Assembly: GCA_964373125.1 (NCBI GenBank)
Contig: CAYJSN010000007.1
Span: forward strand, 6,530-70,529
Source of the DNA: an uncultured Nitrosopumilales archaeon
GTDB lineage: Archaea > Thermoproteota > Nitrososphaeria > Nitrososphaerales > UBA213
DNA length: 64,000 nt
Direction of reading: 5' to 3'
Position numbers and translations under genes: made by a program. Below, one piece after another: positions 46,733 through 56,412 of the stretch (positions are counted from its first letter, which is position 1; every line of letters starts with the position of its first letter). The notes beneath the pieces were generated by a model. The model was not told the DNA's origin. It ran no database searches and saw only the letters and a list, made by a program, of their open reading frames with translations.

Positions 46733-46986
46733 CAGTGAACCTAGATGACGGGTTTATTTGAAAGTGTTTCTAATGCCGTTGACGATCTTCGCACTCGATC
46801 AAACAAGAGCTTGATGAAAGCTTGTTGAAGGGATCAACTTAATCGCTGGTTTACTACATCTTCGTATAAAATTTTGAGAATATCTCGCAGGACAAAACGC
46901 TCCGTGAGGCAAAGACTATCTTATTATTATACGAGCCGCAAAAGATTTTTGCCCGAATAGGTATATAAGTAAGATTAAGAGAGGGA

Positions 46987-48393
46987 GTGCTAATGTCTGG
47001 GCTTGTAGGCATAGATGACATAGCCATCTATGTCCCTCAGCTTTACATCGATTTTAAGGACTTTGCAAGGGCTCGCGGGATACAGCCCGAGAAGCTCGAG
47101 TTCGGCATAGGCATAAAGAAGATGGCCATGCCCGATGTGGACCAGGATCCCGCGTCCATGGCAGCGACCGCTGTGCTGAGGCTGATGGAGCGGAACAAAC
47201 TCTCGCCGGAGGATATAGGCAGGCTCTATGTTGCAACCGAGTCCGGGCTCGACGAGTCCAAGGCGATGAACTCCTACGTTGTGGGGATGCTGGAGCAGAT
47301 CTACGGGGACGACTCGTTCGAGCACTGCGGGGGCATCGAGTGTAAGTTTGCCTGCGTGAGTGGCTCCTACGCGCTCTACGATAACTCGAACTGGATAAGG
47401 GCCAGCGAGAACGCCGGCAAGGCAGCAGTAGTCGTGGTCAGCGATGTTGCCAAGTACGACATCGGCTCCAGCGGCGAGTACACTCAGGGGGCCGGCGCCG
47501 TCGCGATGCTCGTCAAGGAAAAGCCGAGGATCATCGTCTTTGATCCGAAGGTAACCTCGACCGTTATCAAGAATGAATACGACTTTTACAGGCCCTTTGC
47601 GCGCAAGACCCCGATAGTGAACGGGCAGTACTCCAACCTCTCGTACCTCATCCAGGTAAAGAAGGCCATGATAGCGTACAAGCAGAAGGCCCTGGAGATG
47701 GGCCTCATCAAAATGGCGCCGGGAGAGTCGGTCATAGACCACATAGACCTGATCGCGCTCCACCTGCCGTTCGCAAAGATGGGCAAGAACGCGCTGGCGT
47801 TCCTACTGCGCCACGAGTGGAGGAACCTCCCCCGCTGGAAGGAGGTGCTCAAGTTCGTGGGGATGGAGGAGCCGAAGCCGAAGGACAGCCGCGGAACGAT
47901 CGAATCGGTACTAATGGACAGAGAATTCATGGAGAAGGATGAGCAGTTCAGGAAGAAATTCATGGAGTCGCCGCAGTACAAGGAGGCCTTCGAGAAGAAG
48001 CTTGCGAGCTCGCTCAAGGCATCAGAGATGATCGGCAACCTCTACACCGGCTCGCTCTACGTTGGCTTCAGAAGCGAGCTGGAGTTCGAGCACAAGAAGG
48101 GCTACGACCTGACCGGCAAGCGGGTAGGCTTCGCGTCCTACGGAAGCGGCAGCAGCGCGATGGTCTTCAGCGGCGTGATCCAGCCGACCTACATCGACAT
48201 AGTGAAGCACATGGATCTGGAGCAGGAGATAGGCTCCAGGAAGAAGATCTCGATCGAGGAATACGAGAGTCTTCACGAGGAGCAGAGGGGCATGGAGGAT
48301 ATCTTGGTAAAGAAGAAGAAAGAGTTCATCCTTGTGAGCGTGGGCAAGGGCAACAAGAAGGAAGGCTTCAGAGAGTACACCTTTGCCAACTAG
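46987..48393 (+). CDS. Hydroxymethylglutaryl-CoA synthase
   Basis: 468 aa. GIDDIAIYVP, ATESGLDESKA and CKFACVSGSYAL (catalytic Cys region). HLPFAKMG and GNLYTGSLY are typical of HMGS. Confidence 0.82.
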   Translation: MLMSGLVGIDDIAIYVPQLYIDFKDFARARGIQPEKLEFGIGIKKMAMPDVDQDPASMAATAVLRLMERNKLSPEDIGRLYVATESGLDESKAMNSYVVGMLEQIYGDDSFEHCGGIECKFACVSGSYALYDNSNWIRASENAGKAAVVVVSDVAKYDIGSSGEYTQGAGAVAMLVKEKPRIIVFDPKVTSTVIKNEYDFYRPFARKTPIVNGQYSNLSYLIQVKKAMIAYKQKALEMGLIKMAPGESVIDHIDLIALHLPFAKMGKNALAFLLRHEWRNLPRWKEVLKFVGMEEPKPKDSRGTIESVLMDREFMEKDEQFRKKFMESPQYKEAFEKKLASSLKASEMIGNLYTGSLYVGFRSELEFEHKKGYDLTGKRVGFASYGSGSSAMVFSGVIQPTYIDIVKHMDLEQEIGSRKKISIEEYESLHEEQRGMEDILVKKKKEFILVSVGKGNKKEGFREYTFAN

Positions 48394-48402
48394 TTGTGGC
48401 TG

Positions 48403-48903
48403 ATGTCCGAGGACGCCTACGCCAGAAAGGAAGGGTTTCCCACCAAGATAGTGATGGGTGTCCTTGCCGGCATAGTTGTGGCGCTCTGGTTCATCATAGG
48501 CTCCGGATACCAGGCCGTGCTGCCGCAGGAACGCAACTACGAGCCGCCCACGGTGTGGCTCGCCTATAAAGGAGACATGCACACGGGCCTGCGCGGGAGC
48601 TACTGCTGGGCCGAGAGGTGCGTCGACAGCCCCCTGCGAGAGCCGCTTGGCCAGTTCGATGTTGAGAAGGGCTCCTCCATGAGCTTCATAACCAACAGCC
48701 TCACCGAGCCCACGAGCATGAATGTGCAGGCATACACCATCGACGACCAAGGCAATATGCGAGGAGTCGGTGAACTTGCAGCGGGCGAATCAAAATACAG
48801 CTACAGGGCGGACCTGCCAAGCGGCATCTATGTTATAGACGCACACCTTGCGTGGCAGGACATGGGTGACACGACCTATGCATTTACGATAAAGGTCGGC
48901 TGA
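48403..48903 (+). CDS. Hypothetical membrane-anchored extracytoplasmic protein
   Basis: ATG 48403 (the track ORF starts at TTG 48394, abutting the HMGS stop). One N-terminal TM helix (IVMGVLAGIVVALWFIIG), then a beta-rich domain. Confidence 0.5.
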   Translation: MSEDAYARKEGFPTKIVMGVLAGIVVALWFIIGSGYQAVLPQERNYEPPTVWLAYKGDMHTGLRGSYCWAERCVDSPLREPLGQFDVEKGSSMSFITNSLTEPTSMNVQAYTIDDQGNMRGVGELAAGESKYSYRADLPSGIYVIDAHLAWQDMGDTTYAFTIKVG

Positions 48904-48921
48904 CCCATCGATCTGTAGAGA

Positions 48922-49188
48922 TCAGGGGTTCGTGCTACTCGCGTTCTCTGGTATTGTTTCTTCAAGGCCGTGCTCAGCTTCATGTTCGGCTTCCTGCTCG
49001 GCTTCTTTCTGCTTTGCAAGTTGTTCCGCTAGCTCCTGTGCCTTCTGTTTCTCTTCCTTCTGATCCTTCAGCATCTTCGTCGTAAAGTCGTTCGGTATCG
49101 CAAGGACCGCTATTATGGCGAGCGCCAAGGAGGCACACATGATCAGTATCTCCCAGCGAATCTTGTACATTGCGCTCCGCTCAGACAT
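48922..49188 (-). CDS. Small membrane protein with acidic/coiled C-terminal tail
   Basis: 88 aa. TM helix ILIMCASLALAIIAVLAI, then KDQKEEKQKAQELAEQLAKQKEAEQEAEHEAEH. Confidence 0.45.
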   Translation of the reverse strand: MSERSAMYKIRWEILIMCASLALAIIAVLAIPNDFTTKMLKDQKEEKQKAQELAEQLAKQKEAEQEAEHEAEHGLEETIPENASSTNP

Positions 49189-49231
49189 AACCGTCGGTGC
49201 TTATGTTGCGGGAGGATTTTAAATATCTTTG

Positions 49232-49417
49232 CTATGCGGCGTGGTGGCAGTGCACGATCAGGTAGGATAGCGTGCCCAGAAATCCGATCAGAACCGAGAT
49301 ATATGCTGCCTTTTCAAAGCGTCTTCGCCTTTCTCTGTACATTGCCTGCTGGGCAGCTACGGCCCGCTGCATGGTTATGTTTGTACTTTGTTTTAGATAA
49401 ATTATTCTGTGTGTCAT
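49232..49417 (-). CDS. Small tail-anchored membrane protein, translationally coupled to the Kelch gene
   Basis: 61 aa. Its ATG overlaps the Kelch stop (TGATG on the minus strand at 49415-49419). C-terminal helix AAYISVLIGFLGTLSYLIV. Confidence 0.45.
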   Translation of the reverse strand: MTHRIIYLKQSTNITMQRAVAAQQAMYRERRRRFEKAAYISVLIGFLGTLSYLIVHCHHAA

Positions 49418-51018
49418 CAGACAACCTGCACGGCCAGCATGTGCATCGGTCCAAGTATCTCTGGGTCATCCAGCCCGTCCCAGACGAATAGCTCCAGGGT
49501 GTAGCTGCCGCCCACTTCGGGCATCCATGTTTGAGATACAATGGCCTGCTCGTTCGGTAGGAGCTCGTCCTCGACCCAAGAGATAGAGACAGTTATGCCG
49601 TCCGAATCCCTGACCTGGACGATGTAAGCGTACGGCTGCACAGTCTCTGCCCTGTTCTCGAGGCTGCGCTTCAGGATGAGTTCCTGCCCGATGCTCAACT
49701 CAACCACCTCTTCTCTCGGCGTCTCGACCGTCAGCGGCGGAAGCCCGACGATGAACTCCAGGGAGGCGGCGGGCGATGACCTGCCGTTTATCAGCACTGC
49801 GAACCGGTACTCGCCGTCACCCAGCCCATCGATAGAGTATGTGTGCCTGTGCTCAGTTATGACCTCTGCAACGAACTTGTCCGGCGGCGGAGGGATCACC
49901 GTCACATCGGCTGTGAACTCGCTTCCTTTCTGGGCCGGCGCGTCGAACTTGACCGTGTACCCGGCCGTGCTTGTCTCTATGGTCGCGGTGACGCGAATCT
50001 TGTCGCCTAGCTCGATCCTCTTACTTGGCTCGATGGTGATGGTTGCATGCGCATTCACGTCCAGGCTCTTCCGCCAGTCCCCCGGGGCAAAGACCTCGTT
50101 CCTGCCGCTCACGGAGAGCCCGGGCTGCAGGCCGCCGCCTATCACGTAAACGTCGCCGCCGGCCTCTGCCGCAGCGAGACCGTGTCTTGCGGACGGCATC
50201 CGCTCCCGCGCGATCCACAGATCATGCTCGGCCACGTACTGCTCGTTGTTGGCAAACGTGCCTGTTGAAGCTTCGCCGCCGAAGACATAGATGCTCCCGG
50301 CCAGCGATGCGCCGACGATCCCGCCCCGCTTTGAAGGCATCGGTGTCTTGGTGGCCCACTTGTCGGTCTTGGGATCGTACTCCTCGTTGACGTTCATGTT
50401 GCTTGTCAGGCTTCCCTGCCTGCCCCCGATGACGTAGAGCTTGCCGTCGGCCACGCCCGATGCCAGATGTTCTCTCGGCGTGGGCATTGGCGTCTTCACA
50501 TTCCATGCGTTGGTTGAGGGGTCGTACGCCTCGTTCGTTCCCAGGGTGAGCCCGTTGAATCCCCCAACCGCGTAGAGGATGCCGTCAATGAACTGGGCGG
50601 TTAGCGCCCCCCGCGGCGTCGGCATAGGCCTGCCCTCGCTCCACACGTTCGTGGCCTGGTCGTAGATGAAGAGCCTGTTGGTGGGTACCCATCCTGACAG
50701 ATAGCCTCCCACAACGTAGATCTTGCCCTGGTACGATGCGGCAGATGCGTGGTGAAGCGGAATGGGTAGCTCCTTGGCTTTGGACCAAGCATTGCTCCTC
50801 GGGTCGTACACCTCCACTATGTCCATCGTATCTCCGTCCGAGTCAAAGCCTCCGATTACGTAGATATTGCTCCCCACGGTGGCTGCCGTGACCTCGGTGC
50901 GCTCCGTGGGCATGGGAGACAATGCTGCCCACTCGCCAGCAGCGCCGGCTCCTAGAGATAATGGATACAGGAACGGAAAGAGTGCTGCCGCGATCAAATA
51001 AGGAGCAAACTTTCTCAT
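49417..51018 (-). CDS. Secreted Kelch-repeat (beta-propeller) protein with C-terminal Ig-like domains
   Basis: Likely ATG 51018 (MRKFAPYLIAAALFPFLYPLSLG signal peptide), with TTTTATAT about 25-30 nt upstream. Six repeats of the IYVIGG...W...PMPT..R. type. C-terminal domain shared with 20032..21519. Confidence 0.8.
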   Translation of the reverse strand: MRKFAPYLIAAALFPFLYPLSLGAGAAGEWAALSPMPTERTEVTAATVGSNIYVIGGFDSDGDTMDIVEVYDPRSNAWSKAKELPIPLHHASAASYQGKIYVVGGYLSGWVPTNRLFIYDQATNVWSEGRPMPTPRGALTAQFIDGILYAVGGFNGLTLGTNEAYDPSTNAWNVKTPMPTPREHLASGVADGKLYVIGGRQGSLTSNMNVNEEYDPKTDKWATKTPMPSKRGGIVGASLAGSIYVFGGEASTGTFANNEQYVAEHDLWIARERMPSARHGLAAAEAGGDVYVIGGGLQPGLSVSGRNEVFAPGDWRKSLDVNAHATITIEPSKRIELGDKIRVTATIETSTAGYTVKFDAPAQKGSEFTADVTVIPPPPDKFVAEVITEHRHTYSIDGLGDGEYRFAVLINGRSSPAASLEFIVGLPPLTVETPREEVVELSIGQELILKRSLENRAETVQPYAYIVQVRDSDGITVSISWVEDELLPNEQAIVSQTWMPEVGGSYTLELFVWDGLDDPEILGPMHMLAVQVV

Positions 51019-51076
51019 AGAATACGAATGCCCTCGGCGCATATAAAATTGTGTTACCGAAAGTTACTGCCGCAGA

Positions 51077-51349
51077 TCAGGCGCGCAGCAGCTTCCAGTC
51101 ACGCATGGAATAAAGAAAGATCATGTAATTTCCCACCGAGGCGCCTTCGGGCATTGCGCTGCCGAACCAAGGCTGTACGGATGCAAAGACGGGGACGACC
51201 CTTATCAGAGACGTATGGGCGACCAGCCTGCAGATCTCCTCCGACTTGATGTGAGGCGATTTTGTGCTTGCCTTGACCTGGATGCACCACCTGTCAGATC
51301 CCTTGCTGGCTACCATGTCTGCCGCGCCCCTGCTCGCCGGGCTCAGCAC
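51077..51349 (-). CDS. Small Hjc/Mrr-like PD-(D/E)xK nuclease (start codon problematic; frame open to 51424)
   Basis: From GTG 51349: LSPASRGAADMVASKGSDRWCIQVKAS (D...QxK). The same frame upstream reads SPWRIFGREAEFLVASYLRSRGWDI, which matches the conserved Hjc N-terminal helix. It contains no ATG/GTG/TTG back to the stop at 51425-51427. Confidence 0.55.
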   Translation of the reverse strand: MLSPASRGAADMVASKGSDRWCIQVKASTKSPHIKSEEICRLVAHTSLIRVVPVFASVQPWFGSAMPEGASVGNYMIFLYSMRDWKLLRA

Positions 51350-51435
51350 GATATCCCAGCCCCTCGACCTGAGATAGCTTGCAACGAGGAACTCGGCCTC
51401 CCTGCCGAAGATGCGCCACGGAGATTATAAATCTG

Positions 51436-52005
51436 CTAACCCATCTGCTTGATCTTGGCCTTCCTGACGCCGCTTCGCTCCATCTCTCTTATGGCATCGG
51501 TGCTGTTCCCGATCCCCTTCACGGCGTCCTCGAGCACGACCGCGTCGAATCCGAGCCTGACCGCGTCCAGTGCCGTGTTCTTCACACAGTAGTCGGTCGC
51601 GACGCCGCCGATCAGGACGTGTCTTATGCCATCGTGCTCGAGCTTCGTTGCGAGATCGGTGTGCGCGAACCCCGAGTAGGCCTCCCTGTCGGCGTCCGTG
51701 GCCTTTGAGATCACGGTCGCACTCCTAGGGATCTTCAGGTCCGGGTGGAACTCTGCCCCCTTCGTGTCCCGGACGCAGTGCATGGGCCAGACCCCTCCCC
51801 TCTGCTTGAAGGACTTGTGGTCCGGCGGGTGCCAGTCCCGCGTTGCGAAGATCGGGAGTCTCCTTGACGCGAAGATCTCGATGTACATGTTCAGTACCGG
51901 TATTATCTTATCGGAGTCGGGCACGGGCAGAGTACCAGACGGCATGAAATCGTTCTGCATGTCCACGATTATGAGTGCGCAGGACCGGTCGAGCTTGATA
52001 ACCAC
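51436..52005 (-). CDS. pncA: Nicotinamidase / isochorismatase-family hydrolase
   Basis: 189 aa. ALIIVDMQNDF and VATDYCVKNTALDA (catalytic Cys). Metal-site HCV-type His residues. Confidence 0.85.
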   Translation of the reverse strand: MVIKLDRSCALIIVDMQNDFMPSGTLPVPDSDKIIPVLNMYIEIFASRRLPIFATRDWHPPDHKSFKQRGGVWPMHCVRDTKGAEFHPDLKIPRSATVISKATDADREAYSGFAHTDLATKLEHDGIRHVLIGGVATDYCVKNTALDAVRLGFDAVVLEDAVKGIGNSTDAIREMERSGVRKAKIKQMG

Positions 52006-52036
52006 GGATCATAACCTGCCTGCAGTCGATAAATAT

Positions 52037-53881
52037 CTATCGTGTGCCCGTAAGCACACGGACCCGCCCGTCCGCCATCATAGCGCCGATCAGCTTCCTG
52101 CCGGCCTCGGACCGCTTCGAGACCTTCACCCTTGCCTTCTTCCCGACGACCGCCGAGAAGAGGTACTCGTCGTCCACATATACATCGACGGGCCTGCCCA
52201 CCGTCTCGTCGCCGAAGAGCAGGTTGACGGAGTTGCCGGCCTCGCCAACGTCAAACTTGACGTCCTGCCCCAGCGATTTGAGGCGCGGCTCCACGTCGAT
52301 CTTTATGTTCAGCATCTTCTCCAGCTCTCTTACGGTGGCGCCGCCCTTCCCGATTAGCACGGGGACCGCCGATTTGTCGACCTTGACCAGGGCCCTGCCA
52401 TGCGAGACTATCTCCACCTCGGCCCCTCTGTCGAACCGGCGCATCATCTCGAGGATCCTGGCCTCTGCGAGTTTCTTCACGCCGTCGTGCTCCTCCTTCG
52501 ATACGGGCACCACTATGTTCTCCTCGCCAAAGGTGTAGATCTCGTACTCGAGCCGCCCGGTCTCAAAGTCCCTGACATCGATCACGGGCCTTGCCAGATC
52601 CTGCTCGGTCATCCCAGTAGGAACGCGCACAGTGAGGTCGAGCTCGTAGACCTTCTTGATCTCACCGTCCTTGACGAAGATTATCGTGTCGAGTATGTGT
52701 GGGATCATCCCAAGATCGACCCTCCCCATGAACCTCTGCACGGCATCGAGTGGGCTGCTTGCATGCACGACGCCGACCATGCCGACGCCCGCCAGCCGCA
52801 TATCGGCAAATACCGCAAAGTCCTCGCTCTTCCTCACCTCGTCGAATATCGTATAATCAGGCCTCACTAGCAGCAGGATCTCGGCGGCCTTCTCGAAGCT
52901 TCCCTCCAGCGGCGCGTACTGTGTAACCTCGTCGCTCACCTGCAAGTCCCTCGGCGACTCGAAGGTCTTCACGATCTTGTTAAGCGATGCGTAGAACTCG
53001 GCCACGCTGCTGGCCAGTGTGCTCTTGCCGGAGCCAGGAGGGCCGGCGATCATTACACCCTCTGCCTTGTCCCTCAGCCGCTCCATCAGCTTCTTTGATA
53101 CGTGGTACTCGTCGAGCGTCAGGCGGACGATCGGTCTGACCACGGTTATCTCTAACCCATCTGAGAACGGCGGCCTTGTTATCGCGATCCTGTACCTGCC
53201 GAGCTGGACGACCATCGCGCCGTTCCTGCTTATCTCGAACGACCCCGATCCGCTCACCCTTGCGGCCTCGGAGACTTCCCGCACCATCTGCATCAGCTCG
53301 GCATAGGAGCACTTCTCGTCCCTCAGCTTTGTGAGCTGGAATGCGCCGGGCTTGCCACGCTTTGCAACGGGCGGTACCCCCTCCTTCAGGTGGACGCTCA
53401 TGGTATCGGCGTCGAGGAACTTCTCGAAGGAGAGCTCGGTGGTCTTTACCGGGGTGCTGATGTGTGTGGATTTGATCCCCTCCGCCTCGGCCACCAGCGC
53501 CTGCACATAATCTGCTGTAACCAGCGTGCCACCCTCCTGCTTGGCGACATCCTTTATCAGGGCGTCTATCCGGCCGTGCCTTGCGAGCCTGATGTCGTCC
53601 ATTCCCGGCCTGGTGCCGGTGAACCTTATCCTGATGCCCCTGCCGTCGCAGAGCTCGCGGATCTTTTTTATCTCTGCCAGCCCCATGAAGCCAGGCTCCC
53701 TGTTCATCGAGGCCTGTGCCTGGAGCTCGTCAAGCGCGGCATGGGGTATTATTATCTCGCAGTCGGCCAGCTCGCCGGACTCGATCATCTTCGATATCTT
53801 GCCGTCGATTATTATGCTGGTATCAAGCACAAGCTTCTTTTCCAAGACAAACCAACCTTTGCATGCCTTTCTGTATGTCAC
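52037..53881 (-). CDS. PIN domain + PilT/VirB11-like P-loop ATPase + KH domain protein
   Basis: 614 aa. N-terminal PIN (LVLDTSIIIDG...HAALDELQ), Walker A GPPGSGKST, Walker B-like IFDEVR and a C-terminal KH-like VPVLIGKGGATVRELE. Confidence 0.8.
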   Translation of the reverse strand: MTYRKACKGWFVLEKKLVLDTSIIIDGKISKMIESGELADCEIIIPHAALDELQAQASMNREPGFMGLAEIKKIRELCDGRGIRIRFTGTRPGMDDIRLARHGRIDALIKDVAKQEGGTLVTADYVQALVAEAEGIKSTHISTPVKTTELSFEKFLDADTMSVHLKEGVPPVAKRGKPGAFQLTKLRDEKCSYAELMQMVREVSEAARVSGSGSFEISRNGAMVVQLGRYRIAITRPPFSDGLEITVVRPIVRLTLDEYHVSKKLMERLRDKAEGVMIAGPPGSGKSTLASSVAEFYASLNKIVKTFESPRDLQVSDEVTQYAPLEGSFEKAAEILLLVRPDYTIFDEVRKSEDFAVFADMRLAGVGMVGVVHASSPLDAVQRFMGRVDLGMIPHILDTIIFVKDGEIKKVYELDLTVRVPTGMTEQDLARPVIDVRDFETGRLEYEIYTFGEENIVVPVSKEEHDGVKKLAEARILEMMRRFDRGAEVEIVSHGRALVKVDKSAVPVLIGKGGATVRELEKMLNIKIDVEPRLKSLGQDVKFDVGEAGNSVNLLFGDETVGRPVDVYVDDEYLFSAVVGKKARVKVSKRSEAGRKLIGAMMADGRVRVLTGTR

Positions 53882-53907
53882 TCCCTATGCAAGACCAGAA
53901 TAAATAT

Positions 53908-56412
53908 CTACAGAACCTCCGGCTGAACGCTGACCGCTTCCTCCGCGGGAACGCTGACCGTGCTCTGGGACGGGCCGGTCTTTATCAGCTCGACCGTGTA
54001 GCCGCGGAAGTTCTCCCTCACGCTCTCCATGTGGCTCAGGAGTATGATCCTGCTGAACTCCTTCGTTAGTTTCTGCAGGACGCTCATCGCGTCGCGCACA
54101 CCTGGCTCGTCGAGGGTCCCAAAGTCGCCCTCGTCTATTATCAGCGTGTGCATCATCCCGGACGCGCCGTCGGTCTGCGGGAACCTGCTCAGTATCCTGG
54201 ATATGGCGACGCGCAGGGCCATGTTGATCCTGACCTGCTGCCCGCCGGAGAAGTACTGTATCGGCCTCACCTCGCCGGCCATCGTGGCGCCCACGCCGAG
54301 GCTGTCGCGGTCTATGTTCAGCGCGGTGATCGTGCCGTCCGAGAGGTCGTTGATCAGGGTCGTGCCCTCCTTCTCGATGTAGGGCAGCAGCCTGCGCAGT
54401 ATGTTCTGCGGTATGTCGGCGAAGATCTTCACCAGCTCCTCCAGCGAGGAGATCTTTTCGCGCAGGTCCTCGATCTTGTTCTCGTTCTGCCGCAGCCGCT
54501 TCTCCTTGTTCCTCAGCTCGGAGAGCTGCTTTGCGAGCGTGTCGTAGTTCGTCTTCTCCTTCGTCAGGTTGAGCACGTTCTGGTGGTGAGCGTTCTGCGC
54601 CGACTCGAGTTCCTGCTTCACCGATGTGTACCTGCGCTCTATATCCCCGAGCCTCCGCATCTGTCCAAGCAGCTTGGCGCGCTGGTCCCTCAGGGATGCC
54701 AGCGTCTTTCTTGCCTTTTCCATGTGGCCGGCTATATCGGGCAGGCGCCTGAGCTGGATTCTGGCACTCGAGTACTGTTCGGCCACCCTCTCGTGCCGCA
54801 GTGCCGAAACATGCCTTTCCATGGCTTCGTACTCCCTAGGGGTGAACCGCAGGGACTTGAGCTGTCTTGCATAACTCTTCAGTTCCTGCTTCACGGATTC
54901 CAGTTCGCGCCGCGCCCCGTCCCTCCTGGCCCTGAGCTGGTCAAACCGCTTCTGCTCGCCGGTGAGCTCGTTGTACCTGCCGAGGCCGCTCTCCATCTTG
55001 GTCGCGGTGATCTCGAGGTTGCCGAGTGACCTACCGATCTTCCTGAGCCGCATGGTCACTCCGTCAAGCTCCCGCTGTCCCTTCCGCCTAGTCGCCAGCA
55101 GCGTGTTTATCTCGGCCAAGTAGCGCCGCAGGACGCTCCTGGGGCTGGCTATCTTCTGCATGCAGACGGGGCAGGCCTTCTTTCGCTTGACGGCTCCCAT
55201 CTTCCGCCTCAGGCTGTCTATCGCGTCGCCGGTGGTGCCGAGCAGCGCCTCGAGCCTGAGCTTCCTCCGCTCCAGTTCGTTCTTCCTGCGCCTCAGCTGG
55301 GCGATCTCTTTCCGCATGCCGGCAACCTTCTGGCGCGACGGAACCTCCCTCTTCAGGCCGGCCAGCGCTTCTTTTGAGGCCTCCAGCTCGCTCTGCGCTT
55401 CGGCAAGCCTCGATTGCTTCTCCCTGAGCGAGTTCCTCAGCGAGGCTATCCTGGCCGCGAGCTTGTCGTAGGCGTTCTTCCTCTTCCCGGCATCCTTCAG
55501 CGTTCTGGTTAACCCCTCCAGCTCCAGATACGATCTTTCAAGCATTCGGAACTCTTTCTTCAGGCCGCCGAGTTCGTTGAACTCGTCCCTGCTTCCTTCC
55601 AGCGTCTTCTCCAGGTTCTTCATTTTAGTGGCTATGTTCTCGATCGCGCCGTTAATCGCGAGGTACCGCGAGTGATCCTTCTCCAGCCGCTTCGTCAGGT
55701 TCTTTACCTGCCTAAGCCTCCTTGCCGAGCTTGATACCCGCTGCTCCAGATCCGCCACGGTCTTCTTCAGCCGCTTCATCGAGCTCTCCACCTGCGGGAT
55801 CTTCGCGGTCTCATTCGCCAGGAGCTCGTTCGCTACCTCCATCTCCCTGGAGACGACGTTCTTCTGCTCGATCTCCCCGCTTATGGCCTTCCTGTACCCG
55901 TCGTACTTCGCCAGGCCGAAAAGGTTCACGAAGGCCTCCTTCCGGGTGGAGGGGAGCACGTCCGTGAGGGAGCTCATCTCGCCCTGCAGTATTACTGCAG
56001 ACCGGCGGAACCCCTCCCAGTCCAGGCCTATGGCCTTGCGGGTGACGTACTCGAAGACCTCGTCGTCCTCGGCCTTGATCTCGCCGTCCTCAAGCAGCTC
56101 GCCCCCTGACTTGGTCCTTCCTATGCTCTTCTTCACCACGTAGTTGTGCCCGTGGTTCTCGAACTCCAGGTGCATCGACGCCTCGGAGGAGTCGTGGTTC
56201 ACCAGATCGGAGAGCTCGAGAAACCCACGTTCGGCGTCAGGAGAGGTCCTGAACGTCCTGCCGTAGAGGCACACGCATATCGCGTCCAGCAATGATGTCT
56301 TGCCGGCGCCGTTTTCGCCGAATATGAGCGTCATCGTATTTTCGTGGAACGTTATCTCCTGCTGCTCCCTGAACGGCATGAAGCCTTTTACGATCAGCTT
56401 CTTCACCTTCAT
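53908..56412 (-). CDS. rad50: Rad50 (SMC-like DNA double-strand-break repair ATPase)
   Basis: 834 aa. Walker A GENGAGKTS, long coiled coils, zinc hook CPVC, signature FSGGQQ and Walker B LIIDEG. Confidence 0.9.
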   Translation of the reverse strand: MKVKKLIVKGFMPFREQQEITFHENTMTLIFGENGAGKTSLLDAICVCLYGRTFRTSPDAERGFLELSDLVNHDSSEASMHLEFENHGHNYVVKKSIGRTKSGGELLEDGEIKAEDDEVFEYVTRKAIGLDWEGFRRSAVILQGEMSSLTDVLPSTRKEAFVNLFGLAKYDGYRKAISGEIEQKNVVSREMEVANELLANETAKIPQVESSMKRLKKTVADLEQRVSSSARRLRQVKNLTKRLEKDHSRYLAINGAIENIATKMKNLEKTLEGSRDEFNELGGLKKEFRMLERSYLELEGLTRTLKDAGKRKNAYDKLAARIASLRNSLREKQSRLAEAQSELEASKEALAGLKREVPSRQKVAGMRKEIAQLRRRKNELERRKLRLEALLGTTGDAIDSLRRKMGAVKRKKACPVCMQKIASPRSVLRRYLAEINTLLATRRKGQRELDGVTMRLRKIGRSLGNLEITATKMESGLGRYNELTGEQKRFDQLRARRDGARRELESVKQELKSYARQLKSLRFTPREYEAMERHVSALRHERVAEQYSSARIQLRRLPDIAGHMEKARKTLASLRDQRAKLLGQMRRLGDIERRYTSVKQELESAQNAHHQNVLNLTKEKTNYDTLAKQLSELRNKEKRLRQNENKIEDLREKISSLEELVKIFADIPQNILRRLLPYIEKEGTTLINDLSDGTITALNIDRDSLGVGATMAGEVRPIQYFSGGQQVRINMALRVAISRILSRFPQTDGASGMMHTLIIDEGDFGTLDEPGVRDAMSVLQKLTKEFSRIILLSHMESVRENFRGYTVELIKTGPSQSTVSVPAEEAVSVQPEVL

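Noticed and set aside
46733-46986. AT-rich 254-nt intergenic region upstream of HMG-CoA synthase, containing the imperfect inverted repeat AACAAGAGCTT...AAGCTTGTT (about 46803-46827), considered as a mobile-element scar or regulatory RNA.
   Set aside because: There is only one short imperfect repeat, with no flanking direct repeats and no ORF. This is most simply a divergent promoter region. It is not strong enough to report as a finding.
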